Positions 16,033-25,628 of a DNA stretch of 64,000 bases are shown in pieces (the first letter of the stretch is position 1; every line of letters begins with the position of its first letter). The stretch comes from Alphaproteobacteria bacterium UBA998 (GTDB lineage: Bacteria > Pseudomonadota > Alphaproteobacteria > Rickettsiales > UBA998), in assembly GCA_002291925.1 (NCBI GenBank), contig DBAY01000057.1, positions 5,194-69,193 on the forward strand. The letters run 5' to 3'. The position numbers and the translations under genes are program-made. Under the pieces are notes generated by a model. It was not told the DNA's origin and ran no database searches. It saw only the letters and a list, made by a program, of their open reading frames with translations.

Positions 16033-17784
16033 TCAGAATCGCTTAGCGCGCATGATTCCCGGGTAATTAGGTACAACCTTGCCGTAACTGAGAAGCGAGG
16101 CTGTGTCTGTCGTGGGCTTGCCGAAGAAATAGCCCTGCCCGAAGCGCACGCCGCTTTGGAAGAGGAAAAAGGCGCATTTCTCGTCTTCCACCATCTCGCC
16201 GATGGCGGCGATGTTGAGCGAGCGGCACAGGCCAGCCATGGCGCGCAGCATGTCACGCCCATGCTGGCTCTGCATGGCTTCCTTCACGTAGCTTCCGTCA
16301 ATCTTGATGAAATCCACCTGCAGGCTGCGCAGGTAATCGAAGGACGATTCACCGGAGCCGAAATCATCGAGGCAGATAAGGTTGCCTTCCTTGCGCAGTT
16401 TCTGCATGAAATTATTCGCTAGCTTGAGGTCGGCGATTTTGGCGGATTCGGTGATCTCCACGATCAACTGCTGACGGACTTGGGGCTGTGCCGCGATAAT
16501 TTTGTGAAAGCTGTCCATAAATAGCGATGAGCTGAGTGAACGGCCAGAGAGATTCACTGAAATACGAGGACTACGGCCATCATGGCGCGCCTCTTTGAGC
16601 ACGTTGAGCGTCTTTTGCGTCATCATAAGGTCGAATTCGTTGATGATACCGGCAGACTCGCCGAAGCTGATAAAATGAAACGGATTGGCGAAATCCTTGC
16701 TGGCTTCATCTTTCAGCCGGACTAGGCCTTCGAAGTGATGAACTGTTCCGGAGCGGATATCGACAATGGGCTGGAAGGCGATATCAAATTTCTCACTGAT
16801 CACCACATCTTTGAAACTGGTGATGCGCTGCATGGTATCTTCAAGAAGCTCCTGGTAACCATCACTAATCGAATCAATGGTAAAGTCTTCGCCGCGCGAT
16901 TCCGCGAATTTGTTGAGCGTGTAAATTAGGGCGTTTGCCGAATCCTGTTTGGTAAGCTGTTTTACCCCCGCATTGAGTGTGTGGCTGCGTCCCTCAAAAG
17001 ATCCGAATTTTGGTACGAGCCGAAGTACCATGCTGCGTATGGCCCCGATAACATCTGTAGGGTGCAAACCAGGAGCGTGCAGAAGGCTGTAAGCACTCGC
17101 TTCGTTTACAGTCGCAGCCAAATCACCGCCCACTGATTGCCCGCGTAGATAATTGCCGATTTCCTCAAGCAGTTTACGCGATTGATCAACTTGTAAGCCA
17201 TCAAGCACCTGCTTTAATTGAGGGAAATCCAGTAATGTAATCTCAAGTTTTTCACCTTTTCTTTCGGCTTCGCGGATTTTCTCGGTAGCCTGTATGGAGA
17301 AGGCCTCCTTGTTCAGAGTGCCCGTGTCCGCATCGCGTGTGCGGAGATCGTCATTGGCGGGCGAGGATTTGCGGGTGCTGAAAGAGAGGAAAGTGTGGTT
17401 GTCCATTCGGCTGAAATGGAAGGCAGAAGCCGTCATTATCAGCGGAGCATTCAGCGTTAGAGAGAAGAAGGAAAAACTAAGTCCTTCCATACGCTGTTCA
17501 TGAGGGATCTGGCGTAATAGATTGCTGACAGCCTTACGGTCCTCGCTGATCACCAGATCTGCAAGATTCTTCCCAACCAGTGATTGCGGAACCACGCCGA
17601 GCAAACCACCCGTAGCGCCATCGGCAAAAACGACGGTGCCGTCCTTATCCAGTTCCATCAGCATGTCTGCTGCGGCAAAGGCAAAAGCTACAAATCGGTC
17701 GCGCTCACGGCGCAGGGTTTCAGCAGACATTGCATGCATGTCAGGAAAATCGTCTTCCGGTTGTGTGTTTGCAGGGATGTACAC
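16033..17784 (-). CDS. signalling protein with a PAS-like N-terminus, degenerate GGDEF domain and EAL domain
   Basis: EAL-domain motifs are HFEGLVRL, EITES, DDFGSGESSF, KIDGSYV, EMVE and FGQGYFF. The GGDEF position reads GGDLA. The gene is AT-richer than its neighbours. Confidence 0.8.
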   Translation of the reverse strand: MYIPANTQPEDDFPDMHAMSAETLRRERDRFVAFAFAAADMLMELDKDGTVVFADGATGGLLGVVPQSLVGKNLADLVISEDRKAVSNLLRQIPHEQRMEGLSFSFFSLTLNAPLIMTASAFHFSRMDNHTFLSFSTRKSSPANDDLRTRDADTGTLNKEAFSIQATEKIREAERKGEKLEITLLDFPQLKQVLDGLQVDQSRKLLEEIGNYLRGQSVGGDLAATVNEASAYSLLHAPGLHPTDVIGAIRSMVLRLVPKFGSFEGRSHTLNAGVKQLTKQDSANALIYTLNKFAESRGEDFTIDSISDGYQELLEDTMQRITSFKDVVISEKFDIAFQPIVDIRSGTVHHFEGLVRLKDEASKDFANPFHFISFGESAGIINEFDLMMTQKTLNVLKEARHDGRSPRISVNLSGRSLSSSLFMDSFHKIIAAQPQVRQQLIVEITESAKIADLKLANNFMQKLRKEGNLICLDDFGSGESSFDYLRSLQVDFIKIDGSYVKEAMQSQHGRDMLRAMAGLCRSLNIAAIGEMVEDEKCAFFLFQSGVRFGQGYFFGKPTTDTASLLSYGKVVPNYPGIMRAKRF

Positions 17785-17855
17785 TTTTTCACTATAAAGG
17801 TTAATTCTTATAAATATGTTAACAAAAACAAGAAAAAGACTAACGCTGTGCTTGG

Positions 17856-18218
17856 CTATTGCACAATCATGATGCGCTGGGCCATATCACGACCGTAATA
17901 GAGAGCAACTCGTTCGAGAATACGGGGCTCACTGTGCTGGACCATCAGAGCAAACGGGCCAGCGGCTTTGATATATAGAATGGTAGGGCCTTTAGGGCCG
18001 GTGGCGGCCAGTTTTAGCGGAAACGTATGCTTGGCCAGTTCGGGGCCGATGATGCTTGCCCAGTCCCTCACCAGGTTGCGATCCCCAAAGCCGCGCTTGC
18101 GCAGGGATTCGGCGGTGGCAAAGCCCAGCGCGCTTTCCATGGTTTTGGGGAACAGCCGGGCGCGGCGCACGGCGTCGAACGGGCCGGTGGGCTTGCCGGG
18201 GTCGGGCGACTTGCTCAT
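17856..18218 (-). CDS. DUF721 (DciA-like) protein
   Basis: MSKSPD...LRKRGFGDRNLVRDWASIIGPELAKHTFPLKL...TILYIKAAGPFALMVQH has the DUF721 layout. The start overlaps the rnhB stop as ATGA. The listed longer ORF was trimmed. Confidence 0.65.
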   Translation of the reverse strand: MSKSPDPGKPTGPFDAVRRARLFPKTMESALGFATAESLRKRGFGDRNLVRDWASIIGPELAKHTFPLKLAATGPKGPTILYIKAAGPFALMVQHSEPRILERVALYYGRDMAQRIMIVQ

Positions 18219-18829
18219 GCCGCGCGCTCCAGCAGGCGGCTGATGGGGGCAAAACTGCGGCGGTGAATGGGGGTAATGCCATGCCGCTCCAGCGCGGCGA
18301 GGTGGGCGGCCGTGCCATAGCCCGCATGCCCGTCGAAGCCATATTCCGGGTATTGGCGGGCATAGTCGGCCATGATGCGGTCGCGCGTCACCTTGGCGAC
18401 GATGGACGCGGCGGCGATGGAGAGGCACCGCGCGTCGCCCTGCACAAACGTATGCTGCGTGCAGGAAAGCGGGGCGCGCTGGTTGCCGTCGATGAGGGCG
18501 GCGTGCAGCATCCCGTAAGAGGGCAGCGCCTCCACCGCGCGCTGCATGGCGAGCAGGCTGGCGCGCAGGATGTTTAGCGTATCGATCTCCTCGACAGTTG
18601 CGAGGCCGGTCGCCACCTCGGCCTGCGCGAGTAGCTGTTCATAGAGCTGTTCGCGGCGGCGGGCGGAGAGTTTCTTGGAATCGCCGATTCCGTCCGGCAG
18701 ACACTCAGAGTGCAGGATGACTGCTGCGGCCACCACCGGGCCCGCCAGTGGCCCGCGGCCGGCTTCATCGACACCGCAGACCAGGCCACCGAAAGATTGC
18801 TCGAAACGGATATGAAGCTTAGGTTGCAT
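18215..18829 (-). CDS. rnhB: ribonuclease HII
   Basis: CGVDEAGRGPLAGPVV...DSKKLS are RNase HII motifs. Confidence 0.9.
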   Translation of the reverse strand: MQPKLHIRFEQSFGGLVCGVDEAGRGPLAGPVVAAAVILHSECLPDGIGDSKKLSARRREQLYEQLLAQAEVATGLATVEEIDTLNILRASLLAMQRAVEALPSYGMLHAALIDGNQRAPLSCTQHTFVQGDARCLSIAAASIVAKVTRDRIMADYARQYPEYGFDGHAGYGTAAHLAALERHGITPIHRRSFAPISRLLERAA

Positions 18830-18875
18830 GGGCCGGCAGCCTAGCGGCGGGAGGGGCAGGCGTCAAACCTACCGT

Positions 18876-20621
18876 TCAGATTTGTGATTCCGGCCACTGG
18901 CCATGCGCCAGCGACTCCAGCGAAGCGGCGTCGCGCTCTAGCAACTGGCTGTAAATCCAGTAATCGGTCATCACGTTCTTCACATACTCGCGCGTCTCGC
19001 GGTAGGGAATGCTCTCGATGAAGAGCAGCGGATCCACCGCCTCCTTCGCCTGCTCGGCCCAAGCCTGCAGGCTGCCGGGCCCGGCATTGTAGGCGGCAAT
19101 CAGGTAAATCAAGTTGGTGCCGATGTAGGGCTGATCCTGCAGGTAGCGCAGATAGCTCTGGCCCACGCGCAGATTGACATGCGGGTCCTTCAGACCGCCC
19201 TTCACGGGGGCAACGGCGAGGTAGGCGCTTTCCTGCCCGTCTGCCACCTGCACATCGAGGGCGGACTGTTTGTTCACCATATAATGGAAGGTAGACGGGA
19301 TGATCTGCATCAGCCCCTGCGCTCCGGCCTGGCTGCCGGCGTTGGGGTCGAAACCGGACTCACGGCGCACGATGGCCAGCACCAGCGCGGGGTCTACCTT
19401 CAGCTCCTCATGCCAGCCCGGCATCGGGTAATGGCTGCGCAGGTCGAGGGTGGCCATCTGGCTTGCCAGCGGCAGTTGCAGCTTATCGAATTGCAGGGCG
19501 GAGGCCGTCCATAGCAGCGCCTTCTGCTCGGTAGGCTCCACGCGGGTGAACACGCCACGGATGAGCTTTTCCGCTTCATTCACCTGCCCCGCATCGCGCA
19601 GCAGGGCGCTCATGGAAATCAGGCGCAGAACAGGCGCGCGAAGTGCGCGGGTGGAGAGGTTTTCCTGCCCCGCCGCCAGGGCATGGTGCTCATTTGCCGT
19701 GGTTTGCGCCAGAAGGCCGTAGAAGCTGGTTTTGTCATGGGCTGCCGAGGCGAGGTGCTCCTCCGCATGCTCGGTCTGGCCGAGTTGCGCCGCTGTACGG
19801 AAAGCCCAGTAATGTGCCTGCGCCTTCCATTCAGGGCGCTTTTCCTCGGCGGCCCACTCGGCAATCCGGTGGAACGCGGCATGGCTCTCTTCCGAGCGTC
19901 CCAGCTGGTGCGCCGTGAGGCCGGCAATCCACAAGGCGCCGGGGAGCGTCTTCTTCGCCTGCGCGGCCAACCGGCTCGAGGCCTCATGCGCCGCCTTGTA
20001 CTGGCGCGCGCTGAACTGCCGCAGCACACCTTCCATCACGGAACGCTGGGAGAGCGTCATGTTCACATAGAGCGAGGGCGGCTGGGGACGGCGTGCGGCG
20101 GGCTTGACCGGGCTTTTCGCCAGCGGGGCGAATTGCTTGGAGAGGGCCGGGTCGAGCGCCGCCAGGCGCTGCTGGATGCGCGCGGCCTGCGGCAGGAATT
20201 CATTATGCGCCAGCCATTCCGTCAGCTCCAGAAGGGTGGGGCGATAGGCAGGGCTTGCCAGCTTCTCGCCTTGCAGCCACGCCAGCAATTCCTTGTTTTT
20301 CAGGTGTTGTGCCGCCTTGTCCAGCTCGGCCCATTGGCGGTCGCGCTGCAGGCGGAAGAGCTGCTGGTAGATCAGCGCGTCCTCGGCATCAAGCGACTGG
20401 GCGCTGAAATACTCTTTCAGTGTCATGTAGTCACTGGAAGGCAGGAACACCTCGGCGGCGGACGTGTCAAAGCGGGGCAGGGGGTAGAAACTGGATACAC
20501 CGGGGGCGATGGCCAGCCACAAAAGCAGCGTGTAAAGGCCTGCGATGTGCAGAGGCTTGTAGGAAAATCCGCTACATGCGGGGCTTCCAAATGCCTGGAA
20601 TTTCATATTCCGAAAACGCAT
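18876..20621 (-). CDS. soluble lytic murein transglycosylase (Slt family)
   Basis: C-terminal SLT domain RRESGFDPNAGSQAGAQGLMQIIPST...AAYNAGP with an N-terminal signal-like segment. An alternative start lies at 20606. Confidence 0.8.
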   Translation of the reverse strand: MRFRNMKFQAFGSPACSGFSYKPLHIAGLYTLLLWLAIAPGVSSFYPLPRFDTSAAEVFLPSSDYMTLKEYFSAQSLDAEDALIYQQLFRLQRDRQWAELDKAAQHLKNKELLAWLQGEKLASPAYRPTLLELTEWLAHNEFLPQAARIQQRLAALDPALSKQFAPLAKSPVKPAARRPQPPSLYVNMTLSQRSVMEGVLRQFSARQYKAAHEASSRLAAQAKKTLPGALWIAGLTAHQLGRSEESHAAFHRIAEWAAEEKRPEWKAQAHYWAFRTAAQLGQTEHAEEHLASAAHDKTSFYGLLAQTTANEHHALAAGQENLSTRALRAPVLRLISMSALLRDAGQVNEAEKLIRGVFTRVEPTEQKALLWTASALQFDKLQLPLASQMATLDLRSHYPMPGWHEELKVDPALVLAIVRRESGFDPNAGSQAGAQGLMQIIPSTFHYMVNKQSALDVQVADGQESAYLAVAPVKGGLKDPHVNLRVGQSYLRYLQDQPYIGTNLIYLIAAYNAGPGSLQAWAEQAKEAVDPLLFIESIPYRETREYVKNVMTDYWIYSQLLERDAASLESLAHGQWPESQI

Positions 20622-20724
20622 TGCGGACGTGTATACGTTGAAAAATCGTTAATCTCAAGCAATAAGCATGCCGAGAATTAAGTTTTCCTGTGTAAGAATG
20701 CAATAAGTATCTGGAAAGAATGAC

Positions 20725-21528
20725 CTATTCAGCCAGCAAGTGCTTCAGGACCTGCAGGTCTTCCCATGCCTGCTTCTTTTGTGCCGGCTGGCGGAGCAGA
20801 TAGGAAGGGTGAAATGTCACGCGCACAAGAATCTCTTTGCCATCCAGGTACTTGTTCGTGTAGCTGAAATCACGGCCGCGCAGCTTTGTGGTGCCTTCCT
20901 TGCTGTTCAGCAGGGATTTTCCAGCCGTGCCGCCAATCAGCACCAGCCGCTTGGGCTTCACCAGCGCAATATGTTTCTCAAGGAAAGGCTGGCAGATCGC
21001 CAACTCCTCCGGTGTCGGCGGGCGGTTGCCGGGCGGGCGCCAGAAGAGGGTATTGGTGACGTAAAACCGGCCACGCGGATAGCCGATGGCGGCAAACATC
21101 TGGTCGAGCAGCTTGCCGCTCACCCCGCAGAACGGGATGCCGTGCTTGTCCTCGTCCGCGCCTGGGGCCTCGCCGACCAGCATGAGGCCGCAGGTGGGGT
21201 CGCCATCGGCGAACACGGTATTGGTGGCGGTTTTCTTCAGCGCGCACCCGTCAAAGCCCATCACGGCCGCGCGCAACTGCTCCAGCGTACGCGCCTGATC
21301 CGCCAGCGCACGCGCTTCCGCGATGGCGGCGGGTGGGGCATCGGAGAGGGCGGGAGCGCGGGGCGGCACCGGGGCAGCCTTAGCGGGGCTGCGGGTGATG
21401 GTGGGCAGAATAGGCTCCGCCGGGGCGGCGTCCACCTTCAGCCGGTCGACCGGCATGGCCTCGATGACTTCGTCCACTCCGGCGTCGAGATACCATTGCA
21501 GCAGCGCCTTTTCCGCATCATTTCCCAT
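20725..21528 (-). CDS. family 4 uracil-DNA glycosylase
   Basis: GEAPGADEDKHGIPFCGVSGKLLD and HPSYLLR motifs. Confidence 0.85.
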   Translation of the reverse strand: MGNDAEKALLQWYLDAGVDEVIEAMPVDRLKVDAAPAEPILPTITRSPAKAAPVPPRAPALSDAPPAAIAEARALADQARTLEQLRAAVMGFDGCALKKTATNTVFADGDPTCGLMLVGEAPGADEDKHGIPFCGVSGKLLDQMFAAIGYPRGRFYVTNTLFWRPPGNRPPTPEELAICQPFLEKHIALVKPKRLVLIGGTAGKSLLNSKEGTTKLRGRDFSYTNKYLDGKEILVRVTFHPSYLLRQPAQKKQAWEDLQVLKHLLAE

Positions 21529-21629
21529 GGTGTTAACCTAATGCCGCAGGCCGGGATTGCAAGCGCTTCGTGCGGGTGGCGCGTGCGTAGGCGCCGTAAT
21601 TGCGTTATAGTGAGCGCAGCATATAAGGA

Positions 21630-23258
21630 GTGCCGATGAGCGAGGTGATGGAATGCGACGTGGTGATCGTGGGGGCGGGCCCGGCAGGGCTCTCTGCCGC
21701 GATCCGGCTGGCGCAGCTGGCGAAGACGCAGGGGCGGGAACTCAGCATCATGGTGGTGGAGAAGGGCTCCGAGGTCGGCGCGCATATCCTCTCCGGCGCC
21801 GTGCTGGAGCCGCGCGCGCTGAACGAGTTGCTCCCGGACTGGAAGGAGCGCGTTGCGCCGCTCGATACCCCGGTCAGCCATGACCGTTTCGCCCTGCTGA
21901 CTGAGCGGCGCATGGTCTCGCTGCCCACGCCGCCGCAGATGAAGAATCACGGGAATTACATTATCTCGCTGGCGAATTTCGTGCGCTGGCTGGGCCGCGA
22001 GGCGGAGGCGCTGGGCGTACAGATTTTTCCGGGCTTTCCAGCAGCGGATGTCATCATCGAGGACGGCGCGGTGCGCGGCATCCTCACCGGCGCGTTCGGC
22101 ATCGGCAAGGACGGGCAGAAGAAGGACAGTTACCAGCCCGGCATGGAACTCCGCGCGAAATTCACGCTGTTCGCCGAGGGCTGCCGCGGCTCGCTCTCGC
22201 AGCGGCTGATGGAGACCTTCCGCTTGCGCGAAGGGCGCGACCCGCAGACCTACGCCATCGGCCTGAAGGAATTATGGGAAGTGGCGCCGGAGCATCATCG
22301 CCCCGGCGAGGTGCTGCATACGGTCGGCTGGCCGACGGCGCATGATACCTATGCGGGCTCGTTCATCTATCACCTGAACGGCGGGCAGATGGCGCTGGGC
22401 TATGTCATCGGCCTTGATTACCGCAACCCCTACCTTGACCCCTACCAGGAATTCCAGACTTTCAAGACGCATCCGGCCATCCGAGCGTTGCTGGAAGGCG
22501 GGCGGCGCGTGGCGTATGGGGCGCGGGCGCTGAATGAGGGCGGCTGGCAGTCCATCCCGAAGCTGAGCTTCCCCGGCGGTGCGCTCATTGGCTGCGCGGC
22601 AGGGTTCCTCAACACGCCGAAGATCAAGGGTACGCATACCGCCATGAAATCCGGCATGGTCGCCGCCAATTGCCTGATGAAGGCGTGGGACGGTCTGCAG
22701 CCGGGGCAGATGCTGGATGCATACGAGCCTGCCATTCGTGCCTCATGGGTGGGGCAGGAGCTGGAGGCGGCACGCAATATCCGCCCTGGCTTCCATCGCG
22801 GGCTGTGGGCCGGGCTCGCCCATGCGGCGCTCGATACCTACGTGCTGCGCGGCAAGGCGCCGTGGACGCTGCATCACCGGCCTGATCACAGCGCGCTGAA
22901 ACCCGCGGCGGAATGCACGCCGCCCGTCTATCCGCGGCCGGATGGCGTGGTGACCTTCGCGCGGCTGGATTCCGTTGCGCTCACCGGCACCAACCATGAG
23001 GAGGACCAACCCGCGCACCTGACGCTGCGCGATGTAGCCGTGCCGATACAGTATAACCTGCCCATCTATGACGCGCCGGAGCAGCGTTACTGTCCGGCGG
23101 GCGTGTATGAGATCGTGGGCGAGGAGAATGGGCGGCGTCTGCAGATCAATGCGCAGAACTGTATCCACTGCAAGACCTGCGATATCAAGGATCCGACGCA
23201 GAATATCGTCTGGGTCACCCCCGAAGGCGGCGGCGGGCCGAATTATCCGAATATGTGA
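21630..23258 (+). CDS. electron transfer flavoprotein-ubiquinone oxidoreductase
   Basis: DVVIVGAGPAGLSAA FAD motif and C-terminal CIHCKTCDIKDP...PEGGGGPNYPNM. Confidence 0.9.
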   Translation: MPMSEVMECDVVIVGAGPAGLSAAIRLAQLAKTQGRELSIMVVEKGSEVGAHILSGAVLEPRALNELLPDWKERVAPLDTPVSHDRFALLTERRMVSLPTPPQMKNHGNYIISLANFVRWLGREAEALGVQIFPGFPAADVIIEDGAVRGILTGAFGIGKDGQKKDSYQPGMELRAKFTLFAEGCRGSLSQRLMETFRLREGRDPQTYAIGLKELWEVAPEHHRPGEVLHTVGWPTAHDTYAGSFIYHLNGGQMALGYVIGLDYRNPYLDPYQEFQTFKTHPAIRALLEGGRRVAYGARALNEGGWQSIPKLSFPGGALIGCAAGFLNTPKIKGTHTAMKSGMVAANCLMKAWDGLQPGQMLDAYEPAIRASWVGQELEAARNIRPGFHRGLWAGLAHAALDTYVLRGKAPWTLHHRPDHSALKPAAECTPPVYPRPDGVVTFARLDSVALTGTNHEEDQPAHLTLRDVAVPIQYNLPIYDAPEQRYCPAGVYEIVGEENGRRLQINAQNCIHCKTCDIKDPTQNIVWVTPEGGGGPNYPNM

Positions 23259-23375
23259 TGGCGCGGGTGCGGGCCTGCATCCTTCGACAGGCTCAGGATG
23301 AGGAGCGGGAGTGGGGGAATCTGGCTGAGTATGTCGCCCCAGCGGATGCCGGGGTCTGGCGGTTCCTCACAGGGG

Positions 23376-23494
23376 CACCCCGCAACAAGTGCGGGGTGAC
23401 AATGACGCGTCATTCCTGGGCGTGGAGCGGGACCGGAATCTCTGAGTGATACGAAGGAGTTCCTGCGCAGCCTTTAAGGTTCGCAGGATGACGG
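23376..23494. repeat. repeat cluster: unit-B hairpin plus an inverted copy of the 3' half of the 205-bp element
   Basis: CACCCCGCAACAAGTGCGGGGTG lies at 23376..23398. The reverse complement of 23405..23494 matches GTCATCCTGCG...CCAGGAATGAC of 1947..2035. Confidence 0.8.
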
Positions 23495-23505
23495 GAAAAG
23501 CCCGC

Positions 23506-23694
23506 TTACGCGACGTCCTTGTAAGCGATGGCGAGGCCGCTGACCTTGTCCATCACCAGTTCACCGGACTCGTACATGGCGGCGATGTAGCGCGTGTTGC
23601 CGTTGATGTAGAGCACGGGCTTCACGGTTTTGCCATTGTACTTGCGGAGTTCAGTGACGCGGCCACGATTCTCCGGGTTATTCTTGCTGCTCAT
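23506..23694 (-). CDS. small hypothetical protein (62 aa)
   Basis: ORF with plausible coding composition between the repeats and the TPR gene. I recognise no family. Confidence 0.4.
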   Translation of the reverse strand: MSSKNNPENRGRVTELRKYNGKTVKPVLYINGNTRYIAAMYESGELVMDKVSGLAIAYKDVA

Positions 23695-23843
23695 GGAAGC
23701 TCCTCCGATAACAAGCGATGATGAGGCCGAAAGCCAAGACCGGGGAATATAATCATTTTGATTTCCACGGCAAGACTTATTTGCAATCGGCGGATTAGCT
23801 GGGGTATAGTCATATCAACAACCCATCAAGAATAGACTGTTTC

Positions 23844-25628
23844 ATGGCATCTCTTTTTTCACGCCTTGTCCTTGCCCTGTTGCTGCTTGGCCTGCTGACC
23901 TTCTGGTCGTACCGCACTCCGCCGCAGCCGCCCCCTGCCGAGGCCTCGGTGGAAAATGCCATGCTCCGACCGGCGCCCACGCTTACCGGCAGCTATCTGG
24001 CCGCCCGCCATGCCAGCATGCATTCCGACAGCCGCGCCGCGTCGGACTTTCTGTCGCAAGCCCTGACCCACGCGCCGCAGGACAAGGAACTGACCACGCA
24101 GGCGGTGCGTAACCTCCTGATGGCAGGCGATCTTGACCGCGCCGTGAAGCTGGCCCGCGAGAAAACGGCCATGGAGGTGAAAAGCCCCATCATCCATATG
24201 ACGCTCTTCATCGATGAGGCGCGGCAGGGCAACTGGGAGCTGGCGGACAAGCACCTACAGAATATCCGCGCTTACGGCCTGCAAGCCATCACCCTGCCGT
24301 ACCTGCAGGCATGGACGCAACTGGGCGAAACCGGCACATTGAAGCTGCCGAAAGCGCCGCTTCAGCTGAAGCAGAGCTTTTACGATTCCTTCCAGTATTT
24401 CCAGACCGGTCTGCTGGCGGATGCCGCCGGAGAGAAGGAACTGGCCGCTGAATCCTATGATAAAATGCTGGCCGACATGGCCGTCGTCCCCGGCCGGTTT
24501 GTGACGGTGGCGGTGCAGTTCTACCTGCGGGAGGGCAATGAGGCGCGCGCTACGGAAATTTATGAGGACTACCTGAATGCCAATAGCGGCGACCTCACCA
24601 GGCAGGCGGTTAGCGTACCTGAAGCCATTGCCGCCCTCAAAAACGGCAAGGGCGCGGTGCGCAATGCCAAGGACGGAGTGGCCGAAGTGATGCTGACCAT
24701 GGCCAGCATGCTGCATGCCGAGATGGTGGATCGCGAAGCGCTGGTTTACGCACAGCTTGGCCTCTCGATGCGGCCTGATCTGGGGGACGCGCATTATCTC
24801 CTCGGCGAAATCTATGAGACGAGCGGCAAGAAAAAAATTGCGCTGCAATCCTATGACGCCGTGCCGAAAGACAGCCCGCTTCACCGGCATGCCTCGCTCC
24901 GCCGGGCACTGCTGCTGGATGAAACCGGGCATACGCAGCAGGCCATCCAAATGCTGCAACAGATGGCACGCACCGAACCGCGTCCGAGCGATGTCTACAT
25001 GACGCTGGCCGACCTGCTGCGCGGGCAGGAGAAATATCAGGACGCCGCCCGCGCCTACACGCAGGCCATTGAGGCGCTGGGCCCGGTGAAGCCGCAGCAC
25101 TGGCCGCTCTTCTTCACGCGCGGCATCAGCTATGAGCGCGCCGGGGAGTGGGAGAAGGCCGAGGCCGACCTGCTGCGCGCGTTCTCGCTGGAGCCCGAGC
25201 AGCCGGATGTGAAGAACTACCTTGCCTATAGCTGGCTGCTGATGGGCAAGAATATGGACAAGGCTACCGAAATGCTCGAGCAGGCCTCGCTCAGCCGCCC
25301 GGATGACGGGCACATCATCGACAGCCTCGCCTGGGCGCATTACCTCACCGGCAATTACGAGAAGGCGCTCGCCCTCATTGAGCAGGCCGTGGAGATCATG
25401 CCGCACGACGCCACCGTGAACGACCATTACGGCGACATCCTCTGGCGTGCCGGACGGCGCACCGAGGCCCGCTATCAGTGGGAGCGCGCGCTCGCCTTCA
25501 AGCCGGAGCCGAAGGACAAGTCGGCGATTGAGCAGAAGCTGGTGGCCGGACTGCCCGCGGCACCGGCGGCGCGTCCGACCAGCACGGCATCCTCCGCTGC
25601 CCCCAGCTCTGCGGTGGCGCATCCCTAA
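23844..25628 (+). CDS. tetratricopeptide-repeat protein with N-terminal signal/anchor
   Basis: LLLLGLLTFW hydrophobic N-terminus and repeated TPR-like A/Y/L patterns. Its stop overlaps the ispE start as TAATG. Confidence 0.8.
   Translation: MASLFSRLVLALLLLGLLTFWSYRTPPQPPPAEASVENAMLRPAPTLTGSYLAARHASMHSDSRAASDFLSQALTHAPQDKELTTQAVRNLLMAGDLDRAVKLAREKTAMEVKSPIIHMTLFIDEARQGNWELADKHLQNIRAYGLQAITLPYLQAWTQLGETGTLKLPKAPLQLKQSFYDSFQYFQTGLLADAAGEKELAAESYDKMLADMAVVPGRFVTVAVQFYLREGNEARATEIYEDYLNANSGDLTRQAVSVPEAIAALKNGKGAVRNAKDGVAEVMLTMASMLHAEMVDREALVYAQLGLSMRPDLGDAHYLLGEIYETSGKKKIALQSYDAVPKDSPLHRHASLRRALLLDETGHTQQAIQMLQQMARTEPRPSDVYMTLADLLRGQEKYQDAARAYTQAIEALGPVKPQHWPLFFTRGISYERAGEWEKAEADLLRAFSLEPEQPDVKNYLAYSWLLMGKNMDKATEMLEQASLSRPDDGHIIDSLAWAHYLTGNYEKALALIEQAVEIMPHDATVNDHYGDILWRAGRRTEARYQWERALAFKPEPKDKSAIEQKLVAGLPAAPAARPTSTASSAAPSSAVAHP

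Noticed and set aside
24255-25622. 455-aa minus-strand ORF opposite the TPR gene
   Set aside because: Antisense shadow ORF with low-complexity Arg/Gly/Leu-rich translation.
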